Shown here in pieces: positions 10,462 through 20,075 of a stretch of 64,000 nt of DNA. The position numbers and the translations under genes were made by a program. Source of the stretch: Candidatus Methanosuratincola verstraetei. GTDB taxonomy: Archaea; Thermoproteota; Methanomethylicia; Methanomethylicales; Methanomethylicaceae. Location of the stretch: the NCBI GenBank assembly GCA_049570475.1, contig CP186953.1, forward strand, positions 32,001-96,000, read 5' to 3'. Numbering within the stretch: the first letter of the stretch is position 1; each line of letters begins with the position of its first letter. The notes beneath the pieces are model-generated. The model saw nothing but the letters and a program-made list of their open reading frames with translations. It was not told the DNA's origin and searched no databases.

Positions 10462-12090
10462 ATGGTGAACAAAATGGAACTCGAAACAGACGTTTTGGTG
10501 ATAGGCGGGGGGCTCGCAGGGCTTTGCGCGGCGATCTCCTCAGCATCAGACCTCTCAAGGACGGCAATAGTCACAAAGACGCTGGTCGGCGGGGCGAACA
10601 CGACCTCCATGGCTGCGGGCATACTCTCAGCCGTGACTGCGTTCGGCGACCCGGGGGACAGCACGGATCTGCATTTCCAGGACACGCTTCGAGGGGGGTG
10701 CATGATCAACGACAAGAAGCTTGCCAGGACAATGGCCAATGACATCTCGAAGTACTTCTCGCGCCTCGTCGAGCTTGGGGTGGAGTTTGAGGAGGAGAAC
10801 GGGGAGATCAAGGCGTACCCAATACCAGGACACTCCAAGCCCAGGTCGTATTACATGAAGGGGAAGGCGACCGCCCTCCAAAAAGTCCTTCGGTCGACGG
10901 CAGAGGGGCTTGGCGTCAAATTCCTCGAGAGGACCATGGTCACAAGGATCGTGAAAGATGGAAAACGGGCGGTCGGAGCCATAGGCGCAAAGACCGACAC
11001 CGGCGAGCCCGTCGTGATGAAGGCCAAATCGATCGTGGTTGCCACGGGCGGATCAGGAGAGATCTACTCGAAGACCCTGATGCCTGCAGGGTCGTCTGGC
11101 TACGGGTGCAGCCTGGCGTTCAGGGCAGGGGCCGAGCTGGTGGACATGGAGTTTGTCCAGTTCTACCCCATGATGGTCGCCCAGGAAGGGCTCCCCAAGC
11201 TCTTCATAGAGTATTCCCAGCTCCTAAGGAACGGCGGGGACGTCCTGGACGAGGAAGGGAACTCGATCTTCAAGAAGAACGGAATAAGCGAGCCGTGGAA
11301 GATGACGAGGGACGCCTTCTCGATACTCATAGCCAAGGAGATGCTCTCCGGCGGCAGGGAGAGGAAGGTCTTCCTGGACTGCAGGGGCATCAAGGACAGC
11401 GATCTGGAAGGCAACCCTGCCTTGAGGGCAGCCGTAAAGGATCTTGAGTCAAGGAGAGTCCCGCTCAGGACAGAGAAGGTCTCGATCTCGCCTTATGCCC
11501 ACTTCATGATGGGCGGGATAAAAACGGACGCAAACGGGGCCACGTCAGTGGAGGGGCTATTTGCCGCTGGCGAGTCGGTCGGCGGCCCTCACGGGGCGAA
11601 CAGGATCGGCGGAAACGCATTCGCCGCTGCCATAGCATTCGGGTTCAGGTCCGGAATGGCTGCTTCGATGCATGCGAGCACGGTCGACAAGGGCGATCCC
11701 GGCGCGTTCAAAGCAGATCCTGAGTTTCCCTACCAAGGCTCATACGGAGAGGGCAAAGTGCTTGCAAAGGATGCGATCAGCACAATCAGGGAGACGATGT
11801 GGAAGGATGTCGGGATCATAAGGAACGCAACGGGGCTTCAGGAGGCATTGGCTACATTCAACCGGATCAGGGAGGATGGCATACGCACCGAAAATAGCTT
11901 GGAACTGACGCTCGTCCAGATGATGCTCGACATGGCGGAAGTGACTGCAATGGCTGCATCGCTCAGGGAGGAGAGCCGGGGGGCGCATTACAGGGCTGAT
12001 TTCCCGAAAGAAGACGAAAAATGGATGAAGCGCATTGTTATCGCGCTCAAGGAAGGCAACTGCGAAGTGGCTTACATCCCTGTCGAATGA
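10462..12090 (+). CDS. FrdA/SdhA/TfrA/NadB-family flavoprotein
   Basis: GGGLAG, ATGG, DMEFVQF, HFMMGG, HGANRIGGN, REESRGAHYR. Confidence 0.88.
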   Translation: MVNKMELETDVLVIGGGLAGLCAAISSASDLSRTAIVTKTLVGGANTTSMAAGILSAVTAFGDPGDSTDLHFQDTLRGGCMINDKKLARTMANDISKYFSRLVELGVEFEEENGEIKAYPIPGHSKPRSYYMKGKATALQKVLRSTAEGLGVKFLERTMVTRIVKDGKRAVGAIGAKTDTGEPVVMKAKSIVVATGGSGEIYSKTLMPAGSSGYGCSLAFRAGAELVDMEFVQFYPMMVAQEGLPKLFIEYSQLLRNGGDVLDEEGNSIFKKNGISEPWKMTRDAFSILIAKEMLSGGRERKVFLDCRGIKDSDLEGNPALRAAVKDLESRRVPLRTEKVSISPYAHFMMGGIKTDANGATSVEGLFAAGESVGGPHGANRIGGNAFAAAIAFGFRSGMAASMHASTVDKGDPGAFKADPEFPYQGSYGEGKVLAKDAISTIRETMWKDVGIIRNATGLQEALATFNRIREDGIRTENSLELTLVQMMLDMAEVTAMAASLREESRGAHYRADFPKEDEKWMKRIVIALKEGNCEVAYIPVE

Positions 12091-12248
12091 AACGCTAAAA
12101 CAAAATCCATTTTTTCTTTTTCCAGCCAACTTTAGAGATTTTACGCGGGCATTTGTTTTTTGCAATAATTTTAGCTCCAAATATCGAATCGCTTAAATAT
12201 CCCCCGCCTGAATCACTCCATAAACATCAGAAACAAGGGGGAAAATTC

Positions 12249-14309
12249 ATGAGTGAGATATGGACACCACTTATGGTCGGACTCAACATAGAGACCATGC
12301 TCCCGCTAGTGGCAGGCGTGGTCGCGCTGCTCTACGCAGGGTACCTTGCGATGAGCGTGATCAGGGAGGACGAGGGCACTGACGAAATGAAGAGGATTGC
12401 TAAAGCAATCCGGGAAGGCGGCAACGCTTACCTCAACCGCCAGTACAAAACGGTCGCAATCTTCGCCGCCGTGATCGCAGTTGTCCTGGTGCTGGCCATC
12501 AACTGGCAGACTGCGCTCGGCTTCGCGGTCGGCGCGACGCTCTCAGCCTTCTGCGGTTACGTGGGCATGAAGATGACGACTGCTGGGAACGTCAGGACGG
12601 CGAACAAGGCGAAGCAGGGTTTGCAGGCAGCCCTCTCGCTGGCATTCAAAGGCGGTGCAGTCTCCGGATTCACGATCGTCGGGCTCGCGCTGCTGGGGCT
12701 TACGTCATTCTACATCCTCTTCAGCGACGCTAACCTTCTCGTGGGATTCGGTTTCGGCGCATGCCTCATAAGCCTCTTCGCGAGGGTCGGCGGCGGAATC
12801 TACACTAAAGCGGCAGACGTAGGTGCAGACCTGGTCGGCAAGGTCGAGGCAGGGATACCCGAAGACGACCCGCGCAACCCAGCCGTTATCGCTGACAACG
12901 TGGGCGACGCAGTGGGCGACTGCGCCGGCATGGGAGCTGACTTGTTTGAGACCTATGTTGTGACCGCGCTGGCCGCGATGCTTTTGGCTTCATCGCCAGC
13001 AGTCCTCGCGAAATTCGGGGCGAGCGGAATCGCCCTGCCGCTGGTGATCGGCGCCATGGCAATCTTCGCCACGGTGATAGGGACTTTCTTCGTGAGGCTC
13101 GGCAAGGAAGGGAAGATAATGAACGCCCTTTACAAGGGGCTTGCTGCCACGACCGTCGTCTCGGCGGTCGCCTTCTACATCGTCACTTACTACTTCATGG
13201 GAGGGGATCTCGGCGTCTACGTATGCTCCATAGTCGGGCTCGTTGTGATGGTATGCATGGTGGTTATAACAGACTACTTCACATCGTATTCGCACAAGCC
13301 AGTGCTCTTCGTCTCTGAAGCCTCCAAGACCGGCGCGGGCACCAACCTCATAGCAGGGCTTGGGATGGGCATGCGGAGCACATTCCTCCCTGTAATCGTC
13401 ATCGTTGCAGGCATACTGGCCTCTTACTTCATCGCCGGCGGCGCATCTTCTCCAGAGCTTGGAGTCTATGGCATAGCAATCGCTGCAGCGGCTATGCTGT
13501 CCACAACCGGCATGATAGTCTCGATCGATGCCTACGGACCGATAACGGACAATGCAGGAGGGATCGCAGAGATGGCAAACCTCCCGAAGGAAGTCCGAGA
13601 CGTGACGGATCCGCTCGATGCGGTCGGGAACACAACGAAGGCTGTGACCAAAGGATACGCGATCGGTTCTGCCGCGCTAGCAGCCCTCTCGCTGTTTGCG
13701 GCATACAAGGATGAGATCGTCAAGAGGGTTGGATCTGTGGTGCTTTCGATAGAGGATCCGTTTGTGCTTGCTGGTCTCCTGTTGGGCGCTGCAATACCTT
13801 TCCTATTCGCATCGATGCTGATGACTGCTGTCGGGAGGGCAGCATTCCAGATTGTCGAGGAGGTCAGGAGGCAGTTCCGCGAGATCAAGGGCATCATGGA
13901 AGGGACCGCTAAGCCGGACTACGGCAGGGCGGTCGACATAGTGACCAAGGCTGCGCTCAAGGAACTGGCTGCGCCCGCGCTCATTGCGATACTCTCGCCC
14001 CTGCTGGTCGGGTTCCTGCTCAACGAGAGGGCTCTCGGAGGGATGCTCATGGGAGTGATCCTGTCTGGGGTGCTTCTCGCGCTGCTCATGACCACAGGGG
14101 GAGCTATGTGGGACAATGCAAAGAAGTACATCGAGCTCGGCAACTTCGGCGGCAAGAAGAGCCCGGCCCATGCTGCTGCGGTAGTCGGGGACACGGTCGG
14201 AGACCCATTCAAGGACACTGCAGGCCCTGCGATCAACCCGCTCATCAAAGTGATGAACACGATCTCGATACTCTTCATTGCCTTAATCCTTATGTACTCT
14301 CTCCTCTAA
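12249..14309 (+). CDS. hppA: Membrane H+-translocating pyrophosphatase, K+-independent type
   Basis: [52 protein letters not shown]. Confidence 0.95.
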   Translation: MSEIWTPLMVGLNIETMLPLVAGVVALLYAGYLAMSVIREDEGTDEMKRIAKAIREGGNAYLNRQYKTVAIFAAVIAVVLVLAINWQTALGFAVGATLSAFCGYVGMKMTTAGNVRTANKAKQGLQAALSLAFKGGAVSGFTIVGLALLGLTSFYILFSDANLLVGFGFGACLISLFARVGGGIYTKAADVGADLVGKVEAGIPEDDPRNPAVIADNVGDAVGDCAGMGADLFETYVVTALAAMLLASSPAVLAKFGASGIALPLVIGAMAIFATVIGTFFVRLGKEGKIMNALYKGLAATTVVSAVAFYIVTYYFMGGDLGVYVCSIVGLVVMVCMVVITDYFTSYSHKPVLFVSEASKTGAGTNLIAGLGMGMRSTFLPVIVIVAGILASYFIAGGASSPELGVYGIAIAAAAMLSTTGMIVSIDAYGPITDNAGGIAEMANLPKEVRDVTDPLDAVGNTTKAVTKGYAIGSAALAALSLFAAYKDEIVKRVGSVVLSIEDPFVLAGLLLGAAIPFLFASMLMTAVGRAAFQIVEEVRRQFREIKGIMEGTAKPDYGRAVDIVTKAALKELAAPALIAILSPLLVGFLLNERALGGMLMGVILSGVLLALLMTTGGAMWDNAKKYIELGNFGGKKSPAHAAAVVGDTVGDPFKDTAGPAINPLIKVMNTISILFIALILMYSLL

Positions 14310-14331
14310 TCTTTTTTTACAGGTGGGCTTT

Positions 14332-14502
14332 TTGCCAGAGAGGACTTTTCTGATCAGGGTAAAGGAGGACACTTACATCAGCCTGCTGGAGCTGCAGAAG
14401 ACGCTGAGGTTCCAGGACAGCCAAGACAGGCGCAGGAAGACAATGGACTATGTGATCAGGTACTTGCTCAAGAGCGAGGCAGAGTCGAGAAGGCGGATCT
14501 AA
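14332..14502 (+). CDS. Small ribbon-helix-helix-like protein (56 aa, absent from ORF track)
   Basis: AGGTGG then TTG; MPERTFLIRVKEDTYISLLELQKTLRFQDSQDRRRKTMDYVIRYLLKSEAESRRRI. Confidence 0.65.
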   Translation: MPERTFLIRVKEDTYISLLELQKTLRFQDSQDRRRKTMDYVIRYLLKSEAESRRRI

Positions 14503-14542
14503 GCCCATCCACACCCTGTTTTGTTGGGCATTTTCAGGAACT

Positions 14543-14660
14543 TCATGCAAATAATGGCAGAACGCGGCTTGAATCGAAAACCGCCGTCTCTAATTGGATA
14601 TTGTATGGGAAATGCCTCAGATACCCTAGGGGCCCTCATCTTTCCCATCGGTTTGCATGA
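14543..14660 (-). ncRNA. Candidate structured intergenic RNA
   Basis: Nested perfect inverted repeats TCATGCAAA/TTTGCATGA and ATGGGAAA/TTTCCCAT, plus a third hairpin. Confidence 0.35.
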
Positions 14661-14720
14661 CTATCTTCATCGGCAAAAGAGATATTATCCGAAGGCGTGT
14701 ATCAACTTTTCGATGCGAAT

Positions 14721-15578
14721 ATGCCCGATCAAGACGAGCACGTTATTGAAGCGATAGGCAGGTCACGCATTGTGATCAGGGACGGGCTGGTGATCGAGGT
14801 TGGGCCGCCCATGATCAGGGAATGCCCGCTCGCGAAGAAGTTCTCCACCCCAGTAGACATAATCACCCCAGAGAAGGTCCGCAAAAACATAGAGGGCAGG
14901 ATCAGATCGTATGGAATGTGCACCGGGGACCGTTTGCTCGAGTCATCGCAGGACTTTGTCACCTTTGGCGCATCCGAAATGATAAGCCAAGGGCTAAGGT
15001 CGAAGGTCTTGGGCGCAGCTGTGATAGTCTGCGAGGGTGCAGGGACAGTCATAACACTGAATCCGGACTTGGTCCAAGGGATAGGCGGGAGGATGTCCGG
15101 ACTGGTTTCGACTTCGCCCATCCCAAGGCTCATCGAAAGGATAGAGGCAATTGGCGGGGCTGTCCTTGATCGCGAGACCGCAAGGATCGACCAGGTGGAG
15201 GGGACTGATCTCGCGTACCGAAAGGGATACTCGGATGTTGCGGTCACTATAACCGACCCCGCAGATGGTGAGAGGATAAGGGCAAAGCATCCAGACGCGC
15301 TCATATTCGGAGTCCACCTGACGGGGATCGGGAAGGATGATGCCTTCAGGATGGTCGAGGTTGCGGACTTGGTGTCGGGTTGCGCATCCAAGTGGATCAG
15401 GGAGGCGGCTGCCGAGAAGGCGCTGATTCAGGCGGGTTCAGCAGTCCCAGTTTTCGCGTTCACGGAGAGGGGGAAATGCCTAGTCCTGGAGAAGGTGAAG
15501 GCGAGCAGGCAAAAGTTCCTTATCAAGGTCGAGAAGATCCCGTATGCGGCAGAGAAGTGCCCGGATCCGCTTGTTTGA
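14721..15578 (+). CDS. Methanogenesis marker protein 8 (DUF2099)
   Basis: EHVIEAIG, CPL, FGASE, VCEGAGTV, LVQGIGGRMSGLVSTSPI, CASK. Confidence 0.88.
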   Translation: MPDQDEHVIEAIGRSRIVIRDGLVIEVGPPMIRECPLAKKFSTPVDIITPEKVRKNIEGRIRSYGMCTGDRLLESSQDFVTFGASEMISQGLRSKVLGAAVIVCEGAGTVITLNPDLVQGIGGRMSGLVSTSPIPRLIERIEAIGGAVLDRETARIDQVEGTDLAYRKGYSDVAVTITDPADGERIRAKHPDALIFGVHLTGIGKDDAFRMVEVADLVSGCASKWIREAAAEKALIQAGSAVPVFAFTERGKCLVLEKVKASRQKFLIKVEKIPYAAEKCPDPLV

Positions 15579-16373
15579 TCACCTGATCACGAACTCGCAA
15601 TATGGGTCTCCTAGCTTCATGCACTTCACTTCAGTACCCCTGCATGCCTTGTCGAATACCTTGCTGACCAGCCCAACGAAGAACCCAAGCAGGAAGCGGT
15701 TCTCGTAGTCGAGCAGCTCCCATGTTATGAGCTCCTCGAAGTTCTCTGTCGCCCTTATGACCACCACTTTCCCGAACTCATCGCACTCTGCAAGTTCGAA
15801 CTTCCCCCAGCCCAGCGCCTGGAGCACTGCGAGCCCAATCTTGATGCGGTGCCTGTCGCTCAGACCCTTTATCTCAAGTAGGGTCTTCCCGTGCGCCTCC
15901 CCGAAGTCGTTGCCCATGTTCCAGAGCATCAGCATTGCGTCGCCCTTGTATCTCCTGATCATCCCCATAACGAGGTTCTTCCAGCCCGAAGTTGTCATCG
16001 CAGCCACCTGCATAGGGCGACCGGAGATGTTCAGTATCACCGGGTAACCGTTCACGTTGTAGATCAGCCCGGGGACGCCAGAATCGGCGCACTCGAGGTA
16101 AACTAGCCGCGACCCAAATTTTTCTTTTATATTTTTTATCATTTCCTCTTTCAATTCAGGGGCATCTGTAAGGTCCAAAGTTATGAAGTTATGAACAGTG
16201 TCTTCGCTTCTATGAGAAGATATGCTTAAAAAACAAATTTTGTTTTCATTTAATATCCTCAGGAGTTCTAGAGTAGGATCAAAGTCAGGCATAGTTATTT
16301 TAGCGGCTATGTACAGTCCACAAAATTGTTTTTCCGGTTCATAGTATATGTCGTTGATATGGACGGGCATCAT
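15579..16373 (-). CDS. ACT-like plus V4R domain protein
   Basis: C-terminal ALGWG and EVKCMKLGDPYCEF V4R motif. Confidence 0.8.
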   Translation of the reverse strand: MMPVHINDIYYEPEKQFCGLYIAAKITMPDFDPTLELLRILNENKICFLSISSHRSEDTVHNFITLDLTDAPELKEEMIKNIKEKFGSRLVYLECADSGVPGLIYNVNGYPVILNISGRPMQVAAMTTSGWKNLVMGMIRRYKGDAMLMLWNMGNDFGEAHGKTLLEIKGLSDRHRIKIGLAVLQALGWGKFELAECDEFGKVVVIRATENFEELITWELLDYENRFLLGFFVGLVSKVFDKACRGTEVKCMKLGDPYCEFVIR

Positions 16374-16520
16374 AAGTTTGCACGCACATATTCAATTATT
16401 ACCTTCTGCAGGGATATTTTTTAAGGCTTGGGATTTTTTTCGCATTTAAGCTGTTTGAAAATCCAATAATGAAAAATAACCAATTTTTGCCTAATCTAGG
16501 CGATTTTCGAAATTAATTTA

Positions 16521-17324
16521 TTACTTTTTGCCTGAAAAAACCCATCCATCACCAGTCCTTGCCGCTTTTTGCGCGCCAGCCAACTTTCGCATAATTGATC
16601 TGATCTGGTGCTGGCTTACATTGATCCTTTCGCTCATCTCGGCCGAAGTAAGGGGTCGGTCGCAGTTAGAAAGCATCTCTGTCACTGTTCTCTCCAGGTA
16701 CTCGAGCCTCGACGGCCTTGACAAGTCGCCTCTCGCTGGGTATTGGATGCCTGGCAGGCCATATATGCCCTCGCCCTTCACAGTCCTTGCTAGCAGGCGC
16801 ACGGCGCCGCCCCTCGCAAGGGACCTTAGCTGGGCGGTCACCGTCCTGGCATCGAACGAAAGGCGGAGCTCAGAGACCAGCTCCTCAGGAGTGAGCCACT
16901 TTTCCCGGAGCAGTTCGACTATGGCAGACCTGCACTCCGAAGCCACCCTCCTGCTCCTATTCTTCAGGATAGTCTCAACAAAGCGAGAGTTGACCTCGCC
17001 TATATCAGCCCCACTAGAGGCCATGCTCAGACCATCGTGGTCGCCTTCAAGTACGACGTATATTCCGAAAGAGGTTGCCAACCGCGCTTCATCCACCCCG
17101 ATCCGTCTCCTGGGGGATACGAGTATGGACCTGGCGTCGAGCCTCTGTCGTATGTCAGAGAGCTTTACAATCTCCTCGTAAAAAGCACCCTTCCGGGCGC
17201 TGGTGAGCATGTCCGCCACGACGGGTGGCGGCCCAGGTTCATAGAATGCCACTATCCAGGGGAGCGTGGCGTTGACTTTGCTTATCTGCGATCCCCCAAC
17301 CAGTGCTTGGAACGTCAAGACCAT
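16521..17324 (-). CDS. Hypothetical protein with two winged-helix domains and a possible inactive REase-like N-domain
   Basis: WLTPEELVSEL..TVTAQLRSL and PLTSAEMSERINVSQHQIRSIMRKL..W wHTH patterns. Confidence 0.6.
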   Translation of the reverse strand: MVLTFQALVGGSQISKVNATLPWIVAFYEPGPPPVVADMLTSARKGAFYEEIVKLSDIRQRLDARSILVSPRRRIGVDEARLATSFGIYVVLEGDHDGLSMASSGADIGEVNSRFVETILKNRSRRVASECRSAIVELLREKWLTPEELVSELRLSFDARTVTAQLRSLARGGAVRLLARTVKGEGIYGLPGIQYPARGDLSRPSRLEYLERTVTEMLSNCDRPLTSAEMSERINVSQHQIRSIMRKLAGAQKAARTGDGWVFSGKK

Positions 17325-18203
17325 TGCACTCGCCTGTGTTAATGGTGACTTTTGTCATATAATAATTTATGGTTTTTTAGCAAATATCTCAAGATATCTG
17401 ATACCAACAGTTCTTTCGCTTAGATCTAGATTCTAGCGTTCATAGTAAACAAATTTACAGAAGTGCCGACGAAGGGTTTAGGAAAATAGAAAAATAAACT
17501 AAATAATAATTTAACTAGGTATGCAATTTTAGCTTAAAACTCCTAATTAATTTGGAACAAAATTTTCGGGGCACGCCTGTAGGCCGTTTCTCAGAGGCAC
17601 TAAACTCCTGAAATAATTTTTTATTTCCCAATTTTTCCATAATAAGAAACCAAAAGGAAAAATTTCTGCAAATCCCATTGTCGCACCATTTCCCATTCTA
17701 GGTGAGATTGGGAAATGATAAGAAACGGCGACCCCAGGTCAACAAAATTCGGATTGTCTTCCCCTTCAACTTCCCAAACCGCAAGGATATTTCTTTCCGC
17801 ACAGACTTTTTCACTCGCCAGTGCCGAACCCTTCACGCCCACTGCGCTGATCGCCCCTGAGGCGCAGAAAAATATTGGCTTCCGCACAGGGCACGCGATT
17901 TGATGGTGGAGTGCAACCGTCCAGCTTTAATTAATTTCTTTGCATTATTTTCTAAAATATCCATAACTTTTATTTTTAGAAAAAATTTCAATATTTACTG
18001 ATTTAGTTAGCAACAACTTCAATAAGATAAGAAAAGGAATATAAGGTAAAATGTTATTAATTATACCTATAATTATGGTAAAAAATCAAAAAATAAAAAA
18101 TGTTATTGTTTATATAAACTTTTTCAACCATTAAAATAAAAAAAGTTATCCATCCCTATAAACAGGTAATAGGAACGCTTATAAACTTACGGGAAAATTT
18201 GGA

Positions 18204-18301
18204 GTGCAAAGGGGGAGCTCCTGGAAAGGGGCTGAGAGGGCGACTGGATCCGTCGCCGACCCTTTGAACCTGAACTGGGCAATTCCAGCGGAGGGATATG
18301 C
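18204..18301 (+). promoter_or_regulatory. TPP riboswitch (THI element)
   Basis: GGGGAGC..GCTGAGA..GACCCTTTGAACCTGA.CTGGGCAATTCCAGCGGAGGGA; directly upstream of thiW; TATA CTTATAAA at 18178-18185. Confidence 0.92.
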
Positions 18302-18304
18302 TGT

Positions 18305-18886
18305 TTGTATTCAAAAAGGCAAAATCTTGTGAATGAGCCTAATTACGGCAATAAGAAAATAATACATTTAAAAACTCCAACTTACCGGTTAGTCCTTTCA
18401 TCAATATTTGTCGCGCTCGGTGTTTCTTTATCGATTTTTCCAGGGGCATTCCCAGCGGGGCCAACAAAGGTCTTCCCTTTCCAACACATGATAAATGTGG
18501 TCGCGGGGATCCTGCTCGGTCCGCTGAACGCGGGCGTTGTGGCCGGGCTGATCGGCATAATAAGGATAGGCATAGGGACAGGCACTTTTTTCGCCTTGCC
18601 AGGCGGGATCCCAGGCGCATTGGTGGTCGGTTTGGTTTACAATTATTTAGTTAGGAAAGACGCGGTCGCCCTCACAGAGCCGTTGGGTACGGCGATCGGG
18701 GCTTTGCTGAGTGCGTTCCTGGTTGCGCCAGCCATTGGTGCAGCCCAGTTGCCCCCATTTCTCGGGCTGACTGCCCAGTGGCAGCTGTTCACAATCTTTT
18801 TCCTGATGAGCAGCATCCCCGGGGCACTCATGGGTTATCTTGTAGTTTTGGCCCTCAAGAGGAGGGGCGTAATTGAAGGTGATTAG
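18305..18886 (+). CDS. thiW: ECF transporter S component ThiW (thiazole)
   Basis: FPFQHMINVVAGILLGP, GTGTFFALPGGIPGA, TEPLGT, SSIPGA; start codon uncertain. Confidence 0.88.
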   Translation: MYSKRQNLVNEPNYGNKKIIHLKTPTYRLVLSSIFVALGVSLSIFPGAFPAGPTKVFPFQHMINVVAGILLGPLNAGVVAGLIGIIRIGIGTGTFFALPGGIPGALVVGLVYNYLVRKDAVALTEPLGTAIGALLSAFLVAPAIGAAQLPPFLGLTAQWQLFTIFFLMSSIPGALMGYLVVLALKRRGVIEGD

Positions 18887-19436
18887 CTACGCGGCGATCA
18901 AGGGCAAGAAGACGCTGATACGCGGGGAGGTCGGGAAAGGGAAGACCGTCCTGCTCAGCCGCCTCCTGGCTGAGGCTGCCGAGTCGGAAGGGCCCGGCGC
19001 AATAACTGTGATCGAGATGGCCCCAGGAGAGAGGTCCGTGGAGGGGAGAAAGGTGGGCGGGCGGCTTGCCATCCCCGCTTCTACAAGGGTGCGGATACGG
19101 TACGCCGCTCCGGGGCATATAGTCGCGCCCCGCCTGGAGGGTGCGACCGCAGAAGAAGTTGTGCGCCTGGCCAAGCAGAACGCCTTGGCGATCGAGCCAT
19201 GTTTATCGCAGTACATTGCAATGCCTACGCCTGTGCTTTTTGCGAACGACATTACGATCTACCTCCAATGCGGAAGCGCGGAGCTGATCGGTGAAGCAGT
19301 GGCCCTGGCGGAGACCTTTGTCGGGACTGCATACTGGGGGGATTTCTTCGACGACAAGGGATCTGGAATAAACGACAAGGAAAGACGGCAGCTTGGAAAG
19401 CTGATGGATTTGTTCGATGTTGTTTTGGATCTTTGA
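18873..19436 (+). CDS. Small P-loop NTPase, uncharacterised
   Basis: LIRGEVGKGKT Walker A and LFANDI Walker-B-like motif; overlaps the thiW stop; GAGGAGG SD. Confidence 0.65.
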   Translation: MKVISYAAIKGKKTLIRGEVGKGKTVLLSRLLAEAAESEGPGAITVIEMAPGERSVEGRKVGGRLAIPASTRVRIRYAAPGHIVAPRLEGATAEEVVRLAKQNALAIEPCLSQYIAMPTPVLFANDITIYLQCGSAELIGEAVALAETFVGTAYWGDFFDDKGSGINDKERRQLGKLMDLFDVVLDL

Positions 19437-19487
19437 AAAGATTTTATACCCTCCGATCCGACATATTAGGGAAACAGGGTGTAATGC

Positions 19488-20051
19488 GTGCCCAAGCAGA
19501 GGCTGGAGCTGAGGGATGTCCCGTCCTGGAGGGAAGTTGAGCTCCTCGTCAGTTCGATGATCAAGGCCTACAGGCAAGGCGAGGCGCCGCTCAGGGACCT
19601 CTGCGTCATAGGCTTGCTCGCCACGACCGGGATAAGGACCTCTGAACTCCTGCTCCTCAAGAAGTCCGACTTTGACTTCGAGACCAACATCATCACGATA
19701 ACCCAGCTGAAGAAGAAGGACGAATTCGCCAGGCAGACTATCCTCAGCCAGGACTTGAAGGCATACGTCAAAGAGTACTTCAAGCAGATAGGGGACGAGA
19801 GGGTTTTCGACCTGAGCAGGCGCCAGGTGCTCAACATAACCCACAGGTACACGCAGAGGTTTTTGGGCAGGCGCATCAGGAGCCACGCCCTGCGCCACGC
19901 CTACGCAATACGTATCCTCGAGAAGACCAGGGATATAGAGCTCTGCAGGAGGCTGATCGGTCACTCGAGGCTGGAGACCGTTAAGATCTATCTGGACTTC
20001 ACGATAGGCGACAGGATGAAAGAGGTTTCAGATGCGATAAAGATAAACTGA
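19488..20051 (+). CDS. Tyrosine recombinase, catalytic domain only
   Basis: TGIRTSEL (R), LKKK (K), HALRH, GHS, KIY (Y). Confidence 0.9.
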   Translation: MPKQRLELRDVPSWREVELLVSSMIKAYRQGEAPLRDLCVIGLLATTGIRTSELLLLKKSDFDFETNIITITQLKKKDEFARQTILSQDLKAYVKEYFKQIGDERVFDLSRRQVLNITHRYTQRFLGRRIRSHALRHAYAIRILEKTRDIELCRRLIGHSRLETVKIYLDFTIGDRMKEVSDAIKIN

Positions 20052-20075
20052 CTAAAGGTATGACGGTAATCAAAA

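Noticed and set aside
17621-17903. Short ORFs in the AT-rich intergenic tract
   Set aside because: No recognisable motifs or SD, and they overlap on opposite strands.
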